NCBI GenBank assembly: GCA_964609895.1
Contig: CAZSTG010000002.1
Location: 3,362-67,361 of the forward strand
Direction: 5' to 3'
Origin: an uncultured Gammaproteobacteria bacterium
GTDB lineage: Bacteria > Patescibacteriota > Microgenomatia > UBA10105 > UBA927
Length of the DNA stretch: 64,000 nt
Positions 38,520 to 47,979 of the stretch are shown piece after piece. Within the stretch, counting starts at the first letter, position 1, and each line of letters starts with the position of its first letter. The notes beneath the pieces were generated by a model, which was given only the letters and a program-made list of their open reading frames with translations, was not told where the DNA came from and made no database searches. The translations under genes were made by a program, and so were the position numbers.

Positions 38520-39050
38520 ATGAAACGATCCATTGCCAAACTGAAAGGGCTCGGCTATATCATCTGGCACGCCAGACACATGCTCTATCATCTGCTTATC
38601 GGCCTTGTGTGGGCATGGTTTTTGCGCGAAATGTGGGATGTATTCAGTTGGAAAATTGTTTTACTTTCCGTGTTCGGGTCATTTTTTCCTGACAGCGAAC
38701 ATCTGGTGTATTTTCTTATTTCAGGAAAGAAAGATGAATATTCCAAACAGGTGAAGGCGTTTTTCAAGGCCAGAGAATGGCGGGTATTGACGTCATTTAT
38801 AGAAACAGGGCATAAATACAACACGAACCTTTCCTATCATAATGTGTATTTTGTGGTATTCCTGATGATTCTCACGATTATCTGTTTCTTGATAGACTGG
38901 GAAGCATGGATGGCGGTTTTAGGCGCAATGGTGTTGCATTACCTTTTTGACATTGCGGATGATTATCATACGCTTGGATATTTGAATGACAATTGGAAAC
39001 GATGGGGAAGTAAGAACAAGAAACCTACAGCTTCACGTACACAAAAATAA
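38520..39050 (+). CDS. Hypothetical polytopic membrane protein
   Basis: ORF with about 4 hydrophobic helices. Confidence 0.45.
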   Translation: MKRSIAKLKGLGYIIWHARHMLYHLLIGLVWAWFLREMWDVFSWKIVLLSVFGSFFPDSEHLVYFLISGKKDEYSKQVKAFFKAREWRVLTSFIETGHKYNTNLSYHNVYFVVFLMILTIICFLIDWEAWMAVLGAMVLHYLFDIADDYHTLGYLNDNWKRWGSKNKKPTASRTQK

Positions 39051-39516
39051 GCGTGCATATAATGGCACTTTCGATACGCATCACCGGATGAGTGATATAG
39101 GTTTTGATAAATACTTTTTTGTCTTCAAGATGCATATCTTTGACGGAATGCAGGATGTTAAAAAACCTTGTGCTGAACGGATAGAGCCATCTGATGCCAC
39201 TTCTCATATCAATGGTATCGAAAAGAAAATGACTGATCACACCGACAGTGAGTATATGTATATATGGAAGAATAGCTGGATAGAACGCTGCAATGAAGTA
39301 TGAAGCTCCGATGATACAGAACCAGAAGAGCGGTGTGTGCAGGAGACTTTCCCTGTGATTTTTGGACATGGGGATATATAACACATCAAAATCCGGCAGG
39401 TTTGCCGCAATCACGCCGATGGGATAGATCATAGGAGATGCTAGGGGAATCATCCCTGTATCAACGGATATTTTTGCAAGAACAATACCAAATAACGTGT
39501 GTGTAAGTGTTGTCAT
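39025..39516 (-). CDS. Membrane-bound metal-dependent hydrolase-like protein (YdjM/DUF457-like)
   Basis: MTTLTHTLFGIVLAKI...PDFDVLYIPMS fits a His/Asp-rich small inner-membrane hydrolase pattern. Confidence 0.5.
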   Translation of the reverse strand: MTTLTHTLFGIVLAKISVDTGMIPLASPMIYPIGVIAANLPDFDVLYIPMSKNHRESLLHTPLFWFCIIGASYFIAAFYPAILPYIHILTVGVISHFLFDTIDMRSGIRWLYPFSTRFFNILHSVKDMHLEDKKVFIKTYITHPVMRIESAIICTLIFVYVKL

Positions 39517-39587
39517 AATAAAATAAAATAGTGTTATCGGATAATAATTATACTCGGGAAAAACCCACCTCTTTCTTCATCGCGCGT

Positions 39588-40184
39588 TTATTTATTGGGA
39601 GTAAAGGTGGACACAAGTGTGTCAAAAATCTGTATACTTTCCGGCGTTGCCTTGTTTTTTCCGGAATCATAAATTAGCAGATAGTTTGTGTTGTCGACAA
39701 GGATCGGGCCGATATGGATGACAGTGCCCGTATTGGAATACCCTTTGACTCTAGTGGTACGCTGTCCTGCTACCGTTACCTGTTTGACCACATCTCTTGT
39801 TGTGATGAATTTTATATTCGGATCAGTGTTTTTGGGGTAGGAAACAACGAACATGGAATATCCTGCATCGGGCGGAGTCCATGTGTCCAAGAGAACCTGC
39901 GGTTTTATTTCATTGCTTTTGGTTTGTAATTCCGTCGGATATTTTGCGGCATAGCTCACTCCCGCGAATCCTTTCCACGCCGTTGTATCCAGATTCCCTT
40001 GGTCGGGCGAGGTATCTGCCTGTGCTCCGCCACGCATCTGGGATGCGGTATTTTTTTGTTTCTGTGCAGCATACAGCCAGAAACTGAGTGCAAGAGACAG
40101 GAATACTGCAATAACAATAATAGCGGTGGTTTTTTTTGAGGTACTGCCCGATGTATGTTTCGGGTCGACTGCATTGTCTTCCAT
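39588..40184 (-). CDS. Hypothetical membrane-anchored secreted protein
   Basis: An N-terminal TM (AIIVIAVFLSLALSFWLYAA) is followed by a soluble domain. Confidence 0.45.
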   Translation of the reverse strand: MEDNAVDPKHTSGSTSKKTTAIIVIAVFLSLALSFWLYAAQKQKNTASQMRGGAQADTSPDQGNLDTTAWKGFAGVSYAAKYPTELQTKSNEIKPQVLLDTWTPPDAGYSMFVVSYPKNTDPNIKFITTRDVVKQVTVAGQRTTRVKGYSNTGTVIHIGPILVDNTNYLLIYDSGKNKATPESIQIFDTLVSTFTPNK

Positions 40185-40226
40185 ATATCAATAACTATAC
40201 TCATTCTTCCGTATTGTGTCTAGTCT

Positions 40227-40297
40227 GCAGGGGCGTCAGGATTCGAACCTGAAAGAGCGGTTTTGGAGACCGCCATGATACCGTTTCATCACGCCCC
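40227..40297 (-). tRNA. tRNA-Trp (anticodon CCA)
   Basis: The reverse complement folds with acceptor AGGGGCG/CGCCCCT, anticodon stem GCGGT/ACCGC, loop CTCCAAA and T-loop TTCGAAT. Confidence 0.7.
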
Positions 40298-40321
40298 TAA
40301 CGGATTTCATTATATCAGGAA

Positions 40322-40816
40322 TTACGGTATGAGCGTGAGGGAGTTTATCATGGCGTTAAACCCCATACCAATGCCCGAAATAAGGATATCCATACCCGTT
40401 TTCGGATGAGTGAGCAGGAAAACATCAATCGGTCTACCATCTTTGGGTGTTGCGGTGTGATACAGGATGCCCGACATACTGCCAATCTGTACTGTTTCTT
40501 TGTTATCTTCGGAAACGGCAATACTGGGAATATCTTTTTGACAGGCAAGGACAATCGTATCAGTGTCGGATGTAAACGTTGCGCTTCGTGTTGCTTCTTT
40601 CACTTGAAAGGATTCGGGGTAAGAAAGAGAAACACCACAATCAAGGTTGGTGTATGGACGCATGTTCAACAGTTTGGGAGTTGGAGATGCTGTTGGCGTT
40701 ACAGCGGGTGTTGCTGCAGTAGGTTCCTGATTGATTTTTTTCCCGACATTAAATCCGACAAGAAGCGAAGCGATAACTGCGAGGAGCACGACTAGAATAA
40801 AAGTATTTTTATGCAT
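40322..40816 (-). CDS. Hypothetical secreted protein
   Basis: A signal peptide/TM (MHKNTFILVVLLAVIASLLVGFNV) is present. Confidence 0.45.
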   Translation of the reverse strand: MHKNTFILVVLLAVIASLLVGFNVGKKINQEPTAATPAVTPTASPTPKLLNMRPYTNLDCGVSLSYPESFQVKEATRSATFTSDTDTIVLACQKDIPSIAVSEDNKETVQIGSMSGILYHTATPKDGRPIDVFLLTHPKTGMDILISGIGMGFNAMINSLTLIP

Positions 40817-40934
40817 ACGTAATACAGGTTGTTTGTATTATAGCGAATATTTTTTACCCCTGCAGATGCGTTTTTATCAAACAATTTCACGATGGAAAAT
40901 GCGTATTTGAAGCTAGATCAAAGCTAGCATTTCA

Positions 40935-40985
40935 CGAGGGTCTGACCCTCTCTTTTTTGAAGCTACGCGAGGGTCTGACCCTCGC
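40935..40985. repeat. REP doublet (type-B spacer), preceded by degenerate gaagctagatcaaagctagc
   Basis: cgagggtctgaccctctcttttttgaagctacgcgagggtctgaccctcgc. Confidence 0.85.
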
Positions 40986-40993
40986 AAAGGGGA

Positions 40994-41167
40994 TTAGTCT
41001 AAGTGACCGGTTTCCTTATGCTCCGTATGTTTTTTGCAGTGTCTGCAGTATTTATTGAGGTGCAATTTTTCCGGAGTATTAATTTTATTCCGTTTTGTTA
41101 TATAGTTGGTCGCTTTGCACACGGTGCAGACGAGTCCAATGAGTAGCCGTTGATCTTTCTTTGCCAT
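40994..41167 (-). CDS. rpmG: 50S ribosomal protein L33
   Basis: MAKKDQRLLIGLVCTVCKATNYITKRNKINTPEKLHLNKYCRHCKKHTEHKE (57 aa) has the L33 zinc-ribbon pattern. It is absent from the ORF track because it is shorter than 60 aa. Confidence 0.8.
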   Translation of the reverse strand: MAKKDQRLLIGLVCTVCKATNYITKRNKINTPEKLHLNKYCRHCKKHTEHKETGHLD

Positions 41168-41209
41168 AAGAACCGTATTATATCGTATTTGATGATGCGC
41201 GCCAAGGGG

Positions 41210-42148
41210 TTAGTCGAGCAGGTTGTTTTTGACGATGGCATCAGCAATTTTTGTAGCCATCAGCGCACGGCCTTTATCTGAATAATGGATATGATCACCG
41301 CTGTTTATATAGGTGAGATTTCCATTGCCGTCGGGCAAGAGTGAAGGATGATAGGCATCAGCAAGCGGTAAATGTTCACCGTTTGCAAACCGGACGGTGT
41401 TTTCCAGATATTTTTTTATCGTTGTTGTGCGTTGCCACTTCTCAATGACGGAAAATGAAAGACCATATGCACCGTCGCCAAACCGATTTGCATTCGGCGC
41501 GATGGTTGCCGCCATGACGATTTTGGCGTTCGGCAGATGTGCCTTGATGGTATCCACAGTTTTGGCAAGGAGGAGCCAGTGGGCATCAATTGTACCCGCG
41601 TCATCACCAAATGGATTGTATCCGAATGATTCCACAACCACGATGTCGGGATTTGCGGACACAAGCGGTGCATACGACGTGCCAAGATACGTGTATCCGT
41701 TGGTGATGCGCTCGATGCCGTATTGTATACCGGTGCCGCCAACGCCATAGTTTTTGATGATGAATGTGGTGCGTGGAAAACGTTTTTTGAGTGCTGTTTG
41801 GAGTGTGGGTGCGTTTGGTCCCATGGTGTCCATCATGGAATCTCCGAGGAGTGCAATGGTGACAGCACCTTTTTTTATTGCGCTGTTTTGCTGTTTTGTC
41901 TGCGGCGTCGGAATGACCGAGGGTTTAACAGGACCGATAAATGTGGTGGTGCCGAGGACTGCAGGTGCAGTAGTGGGAATGGGTGTAGATGTCGCCATTA
42001 ATTCCCCAAACGAAGATGCTGCTGATACGGGTTGTGCGAATAATACGAACGTAATGAGCGTCGTGATGAATACGAGAATGGCATGCATGGCATATTCCAT
42101 GATACGGGTCTTGAGGAAAGCAATCAACTCGTTATGCGCGTTTTGCAA
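41210..42148 (-). CDS. SGNH/GDSL-family hydrolase, membrane anchored
   Basis: VTIALLGDSMMDT is the GDS(L) block I. Block V-like (DHIH) is present near the C-terminus, and an N-terminal TM is present. Confidence 0.7.
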   Translation of the reverse strand: MQNAHNELIAFLKTRIMEYAMHAILVFITTLITFVLFAQPVSAASSFGELMATSTPIPTTAPAVLGTTTFIGPVKPSVIPTPQTKQQNSAIKKGAVTIALLGDSMMDTMGPNAPTLQTALKKRFPRTTFIIKNYGVGGTGIQYGIERITNGYTYLGTSYAPLVSANPDIVVVESFGYNPFGDDAGTIDAHWLLLAKTVDTIKAHLPNAKIVMAATIAPNANRFGDGAYGLSFSVIEKWQRTTTIKKYLENTVRFANGEHLPLADAYHPSLLPDGNGNLTYINSGDHIHYSDKGRALMATKIADAIVKNNLLD

Positions 42149-42518
42149 GTTTTGCTTTTACTTCTTTTGCGCCGAAATAGTCTTTGCAAAACTTAGTGGT
42201 GAGTTTCGCATCAAACCATGCGCAGGAAAAAATATTCAAATATACAGCCTTTTTGTATTCGGAAAAATGTGCGGTGACGGAACTGGTTTCAATCAGTTGC
42301 ACAAGAGAAAACCCCGAGGTGATTGGATTTTCATGTCCGAAATGGGGGATGAGTGCTTTGCCGTATCGTTTCATGTGGATGACGTGATCACAGAGTTCGA
42401 TGACAAATTTCCTGATTTTTGAGCGTGAGGAAATGGTTGCAAGATTGCAACCATACAGATTTAAGGTTAATTCCTGTCCGAACAATTCACTATCTTCTTC
42501 TCGTGGTGAGTGTAACAT
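42132..42518 (-). CDS. S-adenosylmethionine decarboxylase proenzyme (SpeH-type, pyruvoyl-dependent)
   Basis: LVQLIETSSVTAHFSE matches the ES|S autoprocessing site motif of class-1 AdoMetDC. Start trimmed to MLHSPR. Confidence 0.75.
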   Translation of the reverse strand: MLHSPREEDSELFGQELTLNLYGCNLATISSRSKIRKFVIELCDHVIHMKRYGKALIPHFGHENPITSGFSLVQLIETSSVTAHFSEYKKAVYLNIFSCAWFDAKLTTKFCKDYFGAKEVKAKLAKRA

Positions 42519-42644
42519 AAAAATATTTCCAAAAATAAAACAATAAAATAAAAAACGTGAGCAGTACGTCTTATGTATAAGTGTCAAGGAAAAGAAACGT
42601 GCTGTCAAGAGAGGAAAACAATTTTGGATGAAAAATATTCGTTG

Positions 42645-42716
42645 AGCCCGGGGGGAGAATCGGACTCCCGACCTTTTTCTTACCAAGAAAACGTTCTACC
42701 ACTGAACTACCCGGGC
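42645..42716 (-). tRNA. tRNA-Thr (anticodon GGT)
   Basis: The reverse complement reads GCCCGGGTAGTTCAGTGGTAGAAC...TTGGTAA loop...GGGAGTCCGATTCTCCC. Confidence 0.8.
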
Positions 42717-42845
42717 AACATTGGTCTTCATTTTATCAAAATTTCCAGCCTTTGTATTGTTGACTTTTTTTCTCATGAACAATACAGTGGTGGAGCGCAT
42801 GATTTTTCAAAAATCTTCGACTAATCATATATCAGGAGATATACT

Positions 42846-43787
42846 ATGAACAATATTTTGGTGACAGGAGCGTTCGGACAGATTGGCAGTGAGCTGGTGC
42901 CAGCATTGCAGAAAAAATTTGGTGTGGAGCATGTGGTGGCAATCGGGCATCACAACATTCCAAAAGATTTCAAAGGCATTGTGGAAATTGCGGACGTCAG
43001 TGAGGGAGAAAAACTGGAAGCCATCATCAAAAAATATTCCATTGATACGGTCTACCATCTTGTGTCGCTTCTTTCCGCCAAAGGGGAAGTGGATCCGTTG
43101 TTGACGTGGCAGGTGAACATGGGTGGGCTAAAAACTATTTTGGATTTGGGAGTGAAGTACAAACTGCAAATATTTTGGCCAAGTTCCATTGCAGCATTCG
43201 GCCCCACGACACCGCGGGTTGAAACTCCGCAGCGGACAGTATTGGAACCAACCACGATGTACGGAGTGACCAAAGTTGCGGGAGAACTCATGGTTTCCTA
43301 CTACCATAAAAAATATGGGCTTGATGTTCGGTCTATCCGGTACCCAGGACTTATCAGTTTTAAAACACCCCCAGGTGGCGGCACGACGGATTATGCGGTG
43401 GCCATCTTTTATGATGGGCTGCAAAAAGGAACATATGAATGTTTTGTCCGTCCGGATACGACACTTCCCATGATGTATATGGATGATGCGGTTAGAGGAA
43501 CGATGGAACTCATGGATGCAGACCCGACGAAACTGACCGTGACGACGAGCTACAATTTTGCGGCCATCAGTTTTACAGCGGAAGAATTAGCTAGGGAAAT
43601 CCAAAAACATATAAAAGTCGAAGTAACCTATGCGCCGGATGCACGTCAGGCAATCGCTGACAGCTGGCCGCAGTCCATTGACGATGGAGCCGCACGGACA
43701 GACTGGGGATGGAAGCATGAATTTACGCTTTCAAAAATGACAACAGTGATGATTGCGGAACTACAAAAGAAGTTTGGAATGGTCTGA
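42846..43787 (+). CDS. NAD-dependent epimerase/dehydratase-fold L-threonine 3-dehydrogenase-like enzyme
   Basis: MNNILVTGAFGQIGSEL is the Rossmann GxxGxxG motif. The ORF is 313 aa with a YxxxK catalytic region and lies in an operon with kbl. Confidence 0.75.
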   Translation: MNNILVTGAFGQIGSELVPALQKKFGVEHVVAIGHHNIPKDFKGIVEIADVSEGEKLEAIIKKYSIDTVYHLVSLLSAKGEVDPLLTWQVNMGGLKTILDLGVKYKLQIFWPSSIAAFGPTTPRVETPQRTVLEPTTMYGVTKVAGELMVSYYHKKYGLDVRSIRYPGLISFKTPPGGGTTDYAVAIFYDGLQKGTYECFVRPDTTLPMMYMDDAVRGTMELMDADPTKLTVTTSYNFAAISFTAEELAREIQKHIKVEVTYAPDARQAIADSWPQSIDDGAARTDWGWKHEFTLSKMTTVMIAELQKKFGMV

Positions 43788-43788
43788 T

Positions 43789-44139
43789 ATGCAATATATT
43801 TTTACGAAAGATCAATCGCCGAAGTTTGAAAAACACGGTGTTTCCATGTGGCAACTCGGCGGTACCCTTGAACAACCTGAAAAAATAATCTATCAGGAAA
43901 CGATGAAGGGGCATGACGAAGAATTTCTCAATACGACAAGCACATTCAAATATTTTATTTTGGAAGGGAACGGCGAATTTATCATCTCCGGTCAGTCGTA
44001 TCCGGTTTTTGCAGGAAATGTCGTGATCATTCCGCCCAAGACCCCGTTTTATTACAAAGGGAATTTGAAGCAAATCCTTGTCACTGCACCAAGTTGGAAA
44101 GAAGGAACAGATGTACATATTAAAGATAGTATTTTATAG
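43789..44139 (+). CDS. Cupin-domain protein
   Basis: [30 protein letters not shown] is a cupin beta-barrel motif pattern. Confidence 0.5.
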   Translation: MQYIFTKDQSPKFEKHGVSMWQLGGTLEQPEKIIYQETMKGHDEEFLNTTSTFKYFILEGNGEFIISGQSYPVFAGNVVIIPPKTPFYYKGNLKQILVTAPSWKEGTDVHIKDSIL

Positions 44140-44150
44140 AAAGGACAGAT

Positions 44151-45362
44151 ATGACAGATCCACTGCAACCGTTTTATGATCAGATTGAGACGATGAAAGA
44201 GAAGGGGCTCTATAGCACCATCCGTACGGTAGAGTCGCCGCAGGGCGCATGGCTCGCGGTGAACGGGAAAAAGGTTTTGAATTTCTGTTCCAATAATTAT
44301 CTTGGGCTTGCCGCGCATCCCAAAGTTCGAGCAGCAGCAACTAGTGCAATTAAAAAATACGGGGTCGGGCCCGGAGCAGTGCGTACATTATCGGGAACCA
44401 ATGTACTCCATTTGGCTCTTGAGGAGGAAATGGCGAAATTTAAGAAATGTGAAGCGGCACTTGTGGTGCAGGGAGGGTTTATCGCTAACATCATTGCTAT
44501 CCAGACCATCATGGGAAAAGAGGATATCGTGATTTCCGATGAACTCAATCATGCATCCATCATCGACGCGGTGAAAATTGCGCAGATTCAAAACAAGTTT
44601 ATTTATAAACACAACGACATGACGGATCTCGAAAAGAAGCTGCAGGAGATCCAGACATTGGCAGCAACCCCGAGGGCTGACGGATCAAAACGGCTGGTTT
44701 TGATCGTCACGGATGGCGTCTTTTCCATGGACGGCGATATTGCGCCGCTTCCTGATATCGTGCGTCTTGCCAAGAAATACGGCGCAATTACTATGACGGA
44801 TGATGCGCATGGTGAGGGAGTTTTGAGCAGCCATGGTCGGGGAATTGTGGATTATTTCCATTTGCACGGACAGGTGGATATTGAGGTAGGAACATTTTCC
44901 AAAGCGCTCGGCGTTTTGGGCGGTGTGATTGCGGGAAAGAAGGAACTCATTGAATACTACCGTCAAAAGGCGCGTCCATTTGCCTTTTCCACGGGACTGA
45001 CTGTTCCTGATACCGCAGCGCTCATTGCGGGAATAAAATTGCTTGAAAGTTCAGATACATTGGTGAAAAAAGTATGGGCAAACGGGAATTATCTGAAAAA
45101 GGAATTTCAAAAGCTCGGATTTGATACCGGCGTGTCAGAAACACCGATTACACCCGTGATGATTGGTGATGAAAATCTTGCTAAGACGTTCAGCGCAAAG
45201 CTTTTTGAACACAATGTGTTTGCAACGCCAATTAAGTTTCCGATGGTGGCTCTTGGCAAAGCACGCATCCGTGTGATGCCGTCAGCTTCTCACACAAAAA
45301 AGGATTTGGACTTTGGTATTGCCGCATTTCAAACGGTCGGCAAAGAACTTGGGATTATCTAA
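44151..45362 (+). CDS. kbl: 2-amino-3-ketobutyrate CoA ligase (glycine C-acetyltransferase)
   Basis: The protein belongs to the PLP-dependent AOS family: [11 protein letters not shown]...DDAHGEG...[12 protein letters not shown] with the PLP-binding Lys. Confidence 0.9.
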   Translation: MTDPLQPFYDQIETMKEKGLYSTIRTVESPQGAWLAVNGKKVLNFCSNNYLGLAAHPKVRAAATSAIKKYGVGPGAVRTLSGTNVLHLALEEEMAKFKKCEAALVVQGGFIANIIAIQTIMGKEDIVISDELNHASIIDAVKIAQIQNKFIYKHNDMTDLEKKLQEIQTLAATPRADGSKRLVLIVTDGVFSMDGDIAPLPDIVRLAKKYGAITMTDDAHGEGVLSSHGRGIVDYFHLHGQVDIEVGTFSKALGVLGGVIAGKKELIEYYRQKARPFAFSTGLTVPDTAALIAGIKLLESSDTLVKKVWANGNYLKKEFQKLGFDTGVSETPITPVMIGDENLAKTFSAKLFEHNVFATPIKFPMVALGKARIRVMPSASHTKKDLDFGIAAFQTVGKELGII

Positions 45363-45366
45363 CAAT

Positions 45367-45419
45367 GGAGAGGGTCAGACCCTCTCCTGAAGCTAATTTT
45401 TCAAGGGTCAGACCCTCGC
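45367..45419. repeat. REP doublet (type-A spacer) filling kbl/hydrolase intergenic gap
   Basis: ggagagggtcagaccctctcctgaagctaatttttcaagggtcagaccctcgc. Confidence 0.85.
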
Positions 45420-45424
45420 AGGCT

Positions 45425-46426
45425 ATGAAACGATGGATGATTGTGTCTCTTATTCTGTGCGGCGTGATCGCCAGCGGCTTGGTGGGATGGTTTCTCTTTT
45501 CCAAAGAACGGCCCGTCCTTGTCAGTCCACTCAGTGGTATTCGGGAAAAGCCGCTTGAAAAATATTCCATACCGCGGTTGCGTATGAGACAATTTGTGCC
45601 GTCCACAATTGTGTTGGGTGAGCCGATAGCGACAGCGAGCGCATATACCGTGCACCCGTTTTCGTTTGTCAGTGATGGAAAAAAAGTGACGGGAATTGCC
45701 CATATACCAACGTCAACAAATCCTGAAAGAAAATTTCCTGTGATTGTACAATTGCGCGGGTATGTAGGTCGGGAAATATATACGGCGGGGATGGGAACAA
45801 CGCATAGCGCGGAAGTATATGCATCAAACGGGTATATTTCTCTGGCGCCTGATTTTTTAGGATATGGTGAATCTGATATGCCATCAACAAGCCCTATTGA
45901 AGAACGATTGGAAACGTATACGACCGCGTTAACACTTCTTGCATCTGTTCCGACCTTGCCATATGCCGATTTGACCCATATTGGATTGTGGGGACACAGT
46001 AACGGCGGACAGATAGCACTCACACTGCTTACGATTCTTGGTGATCGTGCAGTGCCAACGGTGGTATGGGCACCGGTGACGAAACCGTTTCCATATAATA
46101 TTTTGTACTATACAGATGAATTTGATGATCGGGGAAAGGCACTCAGGAAAGTGGTTGCGGATTTTGAGGCGGAGTATGACGCGGATGTGTATTCCATGAC
46201 ACAATATCTTGACGGGATTGCCGTCCCCATACAGCTTTCTCAGGGGACACGCGATGATGCGGTTCCTGTCGCGTGGAGCGATACGTTTGTAAAAACACTG
46301 GAAGAGAAGGAAAAAGACATTACGTATTTCACATACTCCGGCGCGGATCACAATTTAGCGGGGGGTGATGCATGGAATACGGCGATGACGCGCGATATGC
46401 AATTTTTCAAGAATGCATGGAAGTAG
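45425..46426 (+). CDS. Membrane-anchored alpha/beta-hydrolase (S9/dienelactone-hydrolase-like)
   Basis: An N-terminal TM and the IGLWGHSNGGQIAL nucleophile elbow (GxSxG) are present. Start trimmed to MKRWM downstream of the REP. Confidence 0.7.
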   Translation: MKRWMIVSLILCGVIASGLVGWFLFSKERPVLVSPLSGIREKPLEKYSIPRLRMRQFVPSTIVLGEPIATASAYTVHPFSFVSDGKKVTGIAHIPTSTNPERKFPVIVQLRGYVGREIYTAGMGTTHSAEVYASNGYISLAPDFLGYGESDMPSTSPIEERLETYTTALTLLASVPTLPYADLTHIGLWGHSNGGQIALTLLTILGDRAVPTVVWAPVTKPFPYNILYYTDEFDDRGKALRKVVADFEAEYDADVYSMTQYLDGIAVPIQLSQGTRDDAVPVAWSDTFVKTLEEKEKDITYFTYSGADHNLAGGDAWNTAMTRDMQFFKNAWK

Positions 46427-46435
46427 CCGTAAGGA

Positions 46436-46486
46436 AAGGGTCTGACCCTCTCCTTTTTGAAGCTACGCGAGGGTCAGACCCTCTCC
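46436..46486. repeat. REP doublet (type-B spacer)
   Basis: aagggtctgaccctctcctttttgaagctacgcgagggtcagaccctctcc. Confidence 0.85.
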
Positions 46487-46494
46487 AACAAAAA

Positions 46495-46521
46495 ACACGG
46501 AGGCGTGCCCCGTGTTTTTTT
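46495..46521. terminator. Bidirectional rho-independent terminator (ACACGG-aggcgtgcc-CCGTGT + T6)
   Basis: A hairpin with flanking A-run and T-run sits between convergent genes. Confidence 0.65.
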
Positions 46522-46542
46522 AGTTTTATATTTTTATTTCGT

Positions 46543-47049
46543 TTACGGTAGGGTCATCGTGCCGGCTGTACAGGACGCTGATGCTCCCTGATCGTCCGTC
46601 ACCATCGTTTTCATGGTGACTGCCGCGCCTTTGATGAGTTCTACTGCCTTGGTGGTGCATTGATATGTCTGTCCGCCGCGTTCGTCAGCCGGTTTTAATA
46701 CGGCATTTGTCTCTGATGTTGCAAGTATTTTTCCGTCCGCATTTGCTGTGACCGTAAATGTACAGGTGATGCTTTTGGTTGTCAGCAGTGCAGAGCCTTC
46801 TGCAGATAAGTAGTATTTTGGAAATCCGATCATCGGATTGTACCATTGCTTATCGCAGGAGAGCTTGGTAATCATGGTTTTTTCTTCTACGACCGGTGGG
46901 GTTGTACTGGTTGTTTCCGCAGGTGCAGCTTTTGGTTTTGGCCACAAAAGTACTCCCGCAACGATAACGGCAACTACGATGATAGCGCCGATGATATATA
47001 CGCTTGAGGTTTCACCCTCTTGATGTGTGTTCTGGGTTTCGTTTTCCAT
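46543..47049 (-). CDS. Hypothetical membrane-anchored protein
   Basis: N-terminal TM (VYIIGAIIVVAVIVAGVLLW). Confidence 0.45.
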   Translation of the reverse strand: MENETQNTHQEGETSSVYIIGAIIVVAVIVAGVLLWPKPKAAPAETTSTTPPVVEEKTMITKLSCDKQWYNPMIGFPKYYLSAEGSALLTTKSITCTFTVTANADGKILATSETNAVLKPADERGGQTYQCTTKAVELIKGAAVTMKTMVTDDQGASASCTAGTMTLP

Positions 47050-47106
47050 ATGTAGATACTATATATATAAATGAAGTTATTTTGCAAGAGGCGAGAGGAT
47101 TTGTTG

Positions 47107-47178
47107 AGCCGAGACGGGGATTCGGACCCCGGACCTACTGTTTACAAAACAGTTGCTCTACCACTGAGCTATCTCGGC
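47107..47178 (-). tRNA. tRNA-Thr (anticodon TGT)
   Basis: The reverse complement reads GCCGAGATAGCTCAGTGGTAGAGCA ACTGT-TTTGTAA-ACAGT ...GGGGTCCGAATCCCC. Confidence 0.8.
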
Positions 47179-47209
47179 AAGCAGTGTTGGTGTTTGATAC
47201 GCTCATGAG

Positions 47210-47294
47210 TGTCAGGACCAGGATTCGAACCTGGGTAGCCCGTTAAGGCGACAGTTTTACAGACTGTTGCGATTGTCCACTCTGCCATCCTGAC
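47210..47294 (-). tRNA. tRNA-Tyr (anticodon GTA), long variable arm
   Basis: The reverse complement has acceptor GTCAGGA/TCCTGAC, anticodon stem-loop ACAGT-CTGTAAA-ACTGT, a long variable arm and T-arm CCAGGTTCGAATCCTGG. Confidence 0.75.
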
Positions 47295-47501
47295 AATATG
47301 TGACAGTTGTCATTATATCGTAAACAAACGCTGCTTTCCATGACGTTTTTATGTGTGTAAATAAACTTGACAACGGGATTGATTTATTTTACGCTTACTA
47401 GTGCTCGGAAGGGATTTTTGTAAAGTTATTTTTTCTCTACAAATTTCTCATCAATGAGGTTCGCATCTGTTAATTTTTATCAGATGCTACAGGACCACAG
47501 T

Positions 47502-47526
47502 ATTGTGTACCCGAGGGTACACAATC
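47502..47526. promoter_or_regulatory. Perfect inverted repeat ATTGTGTACCC-gag-GGGTACACAAT upstream of arsR (candidate operator)
   Basis: An 11-bp perfect palindrome arm sits roughly 105 bp upstream of the ArsR start. Confidence 0.35.
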
Positions 47527-47631
47527 AGTCCTACCAATTAGTTCTAGACGGGAAAAACCTTTACAAACCCTTCGAGCGGAATTATTTTCTTCTCTTTCTT
47601 TCTGTTGTCGTTTTCGTGATACGATAGAGCT

Positions 47632-47955
47632 ATGCTTACCGGCGTGAGACTCAAGGAAAAATCGAGAATGTTTGAAAAAAAGATGCGGGGGCCTGCACAT
47701 ACGATCAGGCTTTCCATTATCTATCTTCTGGCACACGGCGAGCTGTCGCTGCATGAAATCGTTTTGGATATTGATAAACCGCAGAATCTTGTGTCGCATC
47801 ATATGAAAATTTTGGAAAAAAGCGGATGGGTGACAAAACGATCAGAAGGCAGGGAGGTCTATTATCATCTGATTGACCGAGGTTTTTTTGAACTGCACCG
47901 GATGCTTGTTGATACGCCGTTTTATCACACGAAACTGATGAAACGGTTGAAATAG
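47632..47955 (+). CDS. ArsR/SmtB-family transcriptional regulator
   Basis: IRLSIIYLLAHGELSLHEIVLDIDKPQNLVSHHMKILEKSGWV is the wHTH ArsR signature. Confidence 0.7.
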   Translation: MLTGVRLKEKSRMFEKKMRGPAHTIRLSIIYLLAHGELSLHEIVLDIDKPQNLVSHHMKILEKSGWVTKRSEGREVYYHLIDRGFFELHRMLVDTPFYHTKLMKRLK

Positions 47956-47958
47956 CAT

Positions 47959-47979
47959 GGAGAGGGTCAGACCCTCTCC
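47959..47979. repeat. Single REP palindrome GGAGAGGGTCAGACCCTCTCC between arsR stop and RAYT stop
   Basis: A 21-nt near-perfect palindrome. Confidence 0.85.

Noticed and set aside
41754-42422. 222-aa plus-strand ORF
   Set aside because: It overlaps, antisense, the SGNH hydrolase and AdoMetDC genes, both of which have family motifs.
45365-45424. N-terminal extension 'MERVRPSPEANFSRVRPSQA' of the hydrolase ORF, and similar EGLTLAKLASREGLTLS peptides in ORFs at 8028-8090, 9219-9280 and the 47980..48768 N-terminus
   Set aside because: These are translations of the REP palindromes. The same peptide appears in different frames and strands at each REP copy, so CDS starts were trimmed to the first Met after the repeat.
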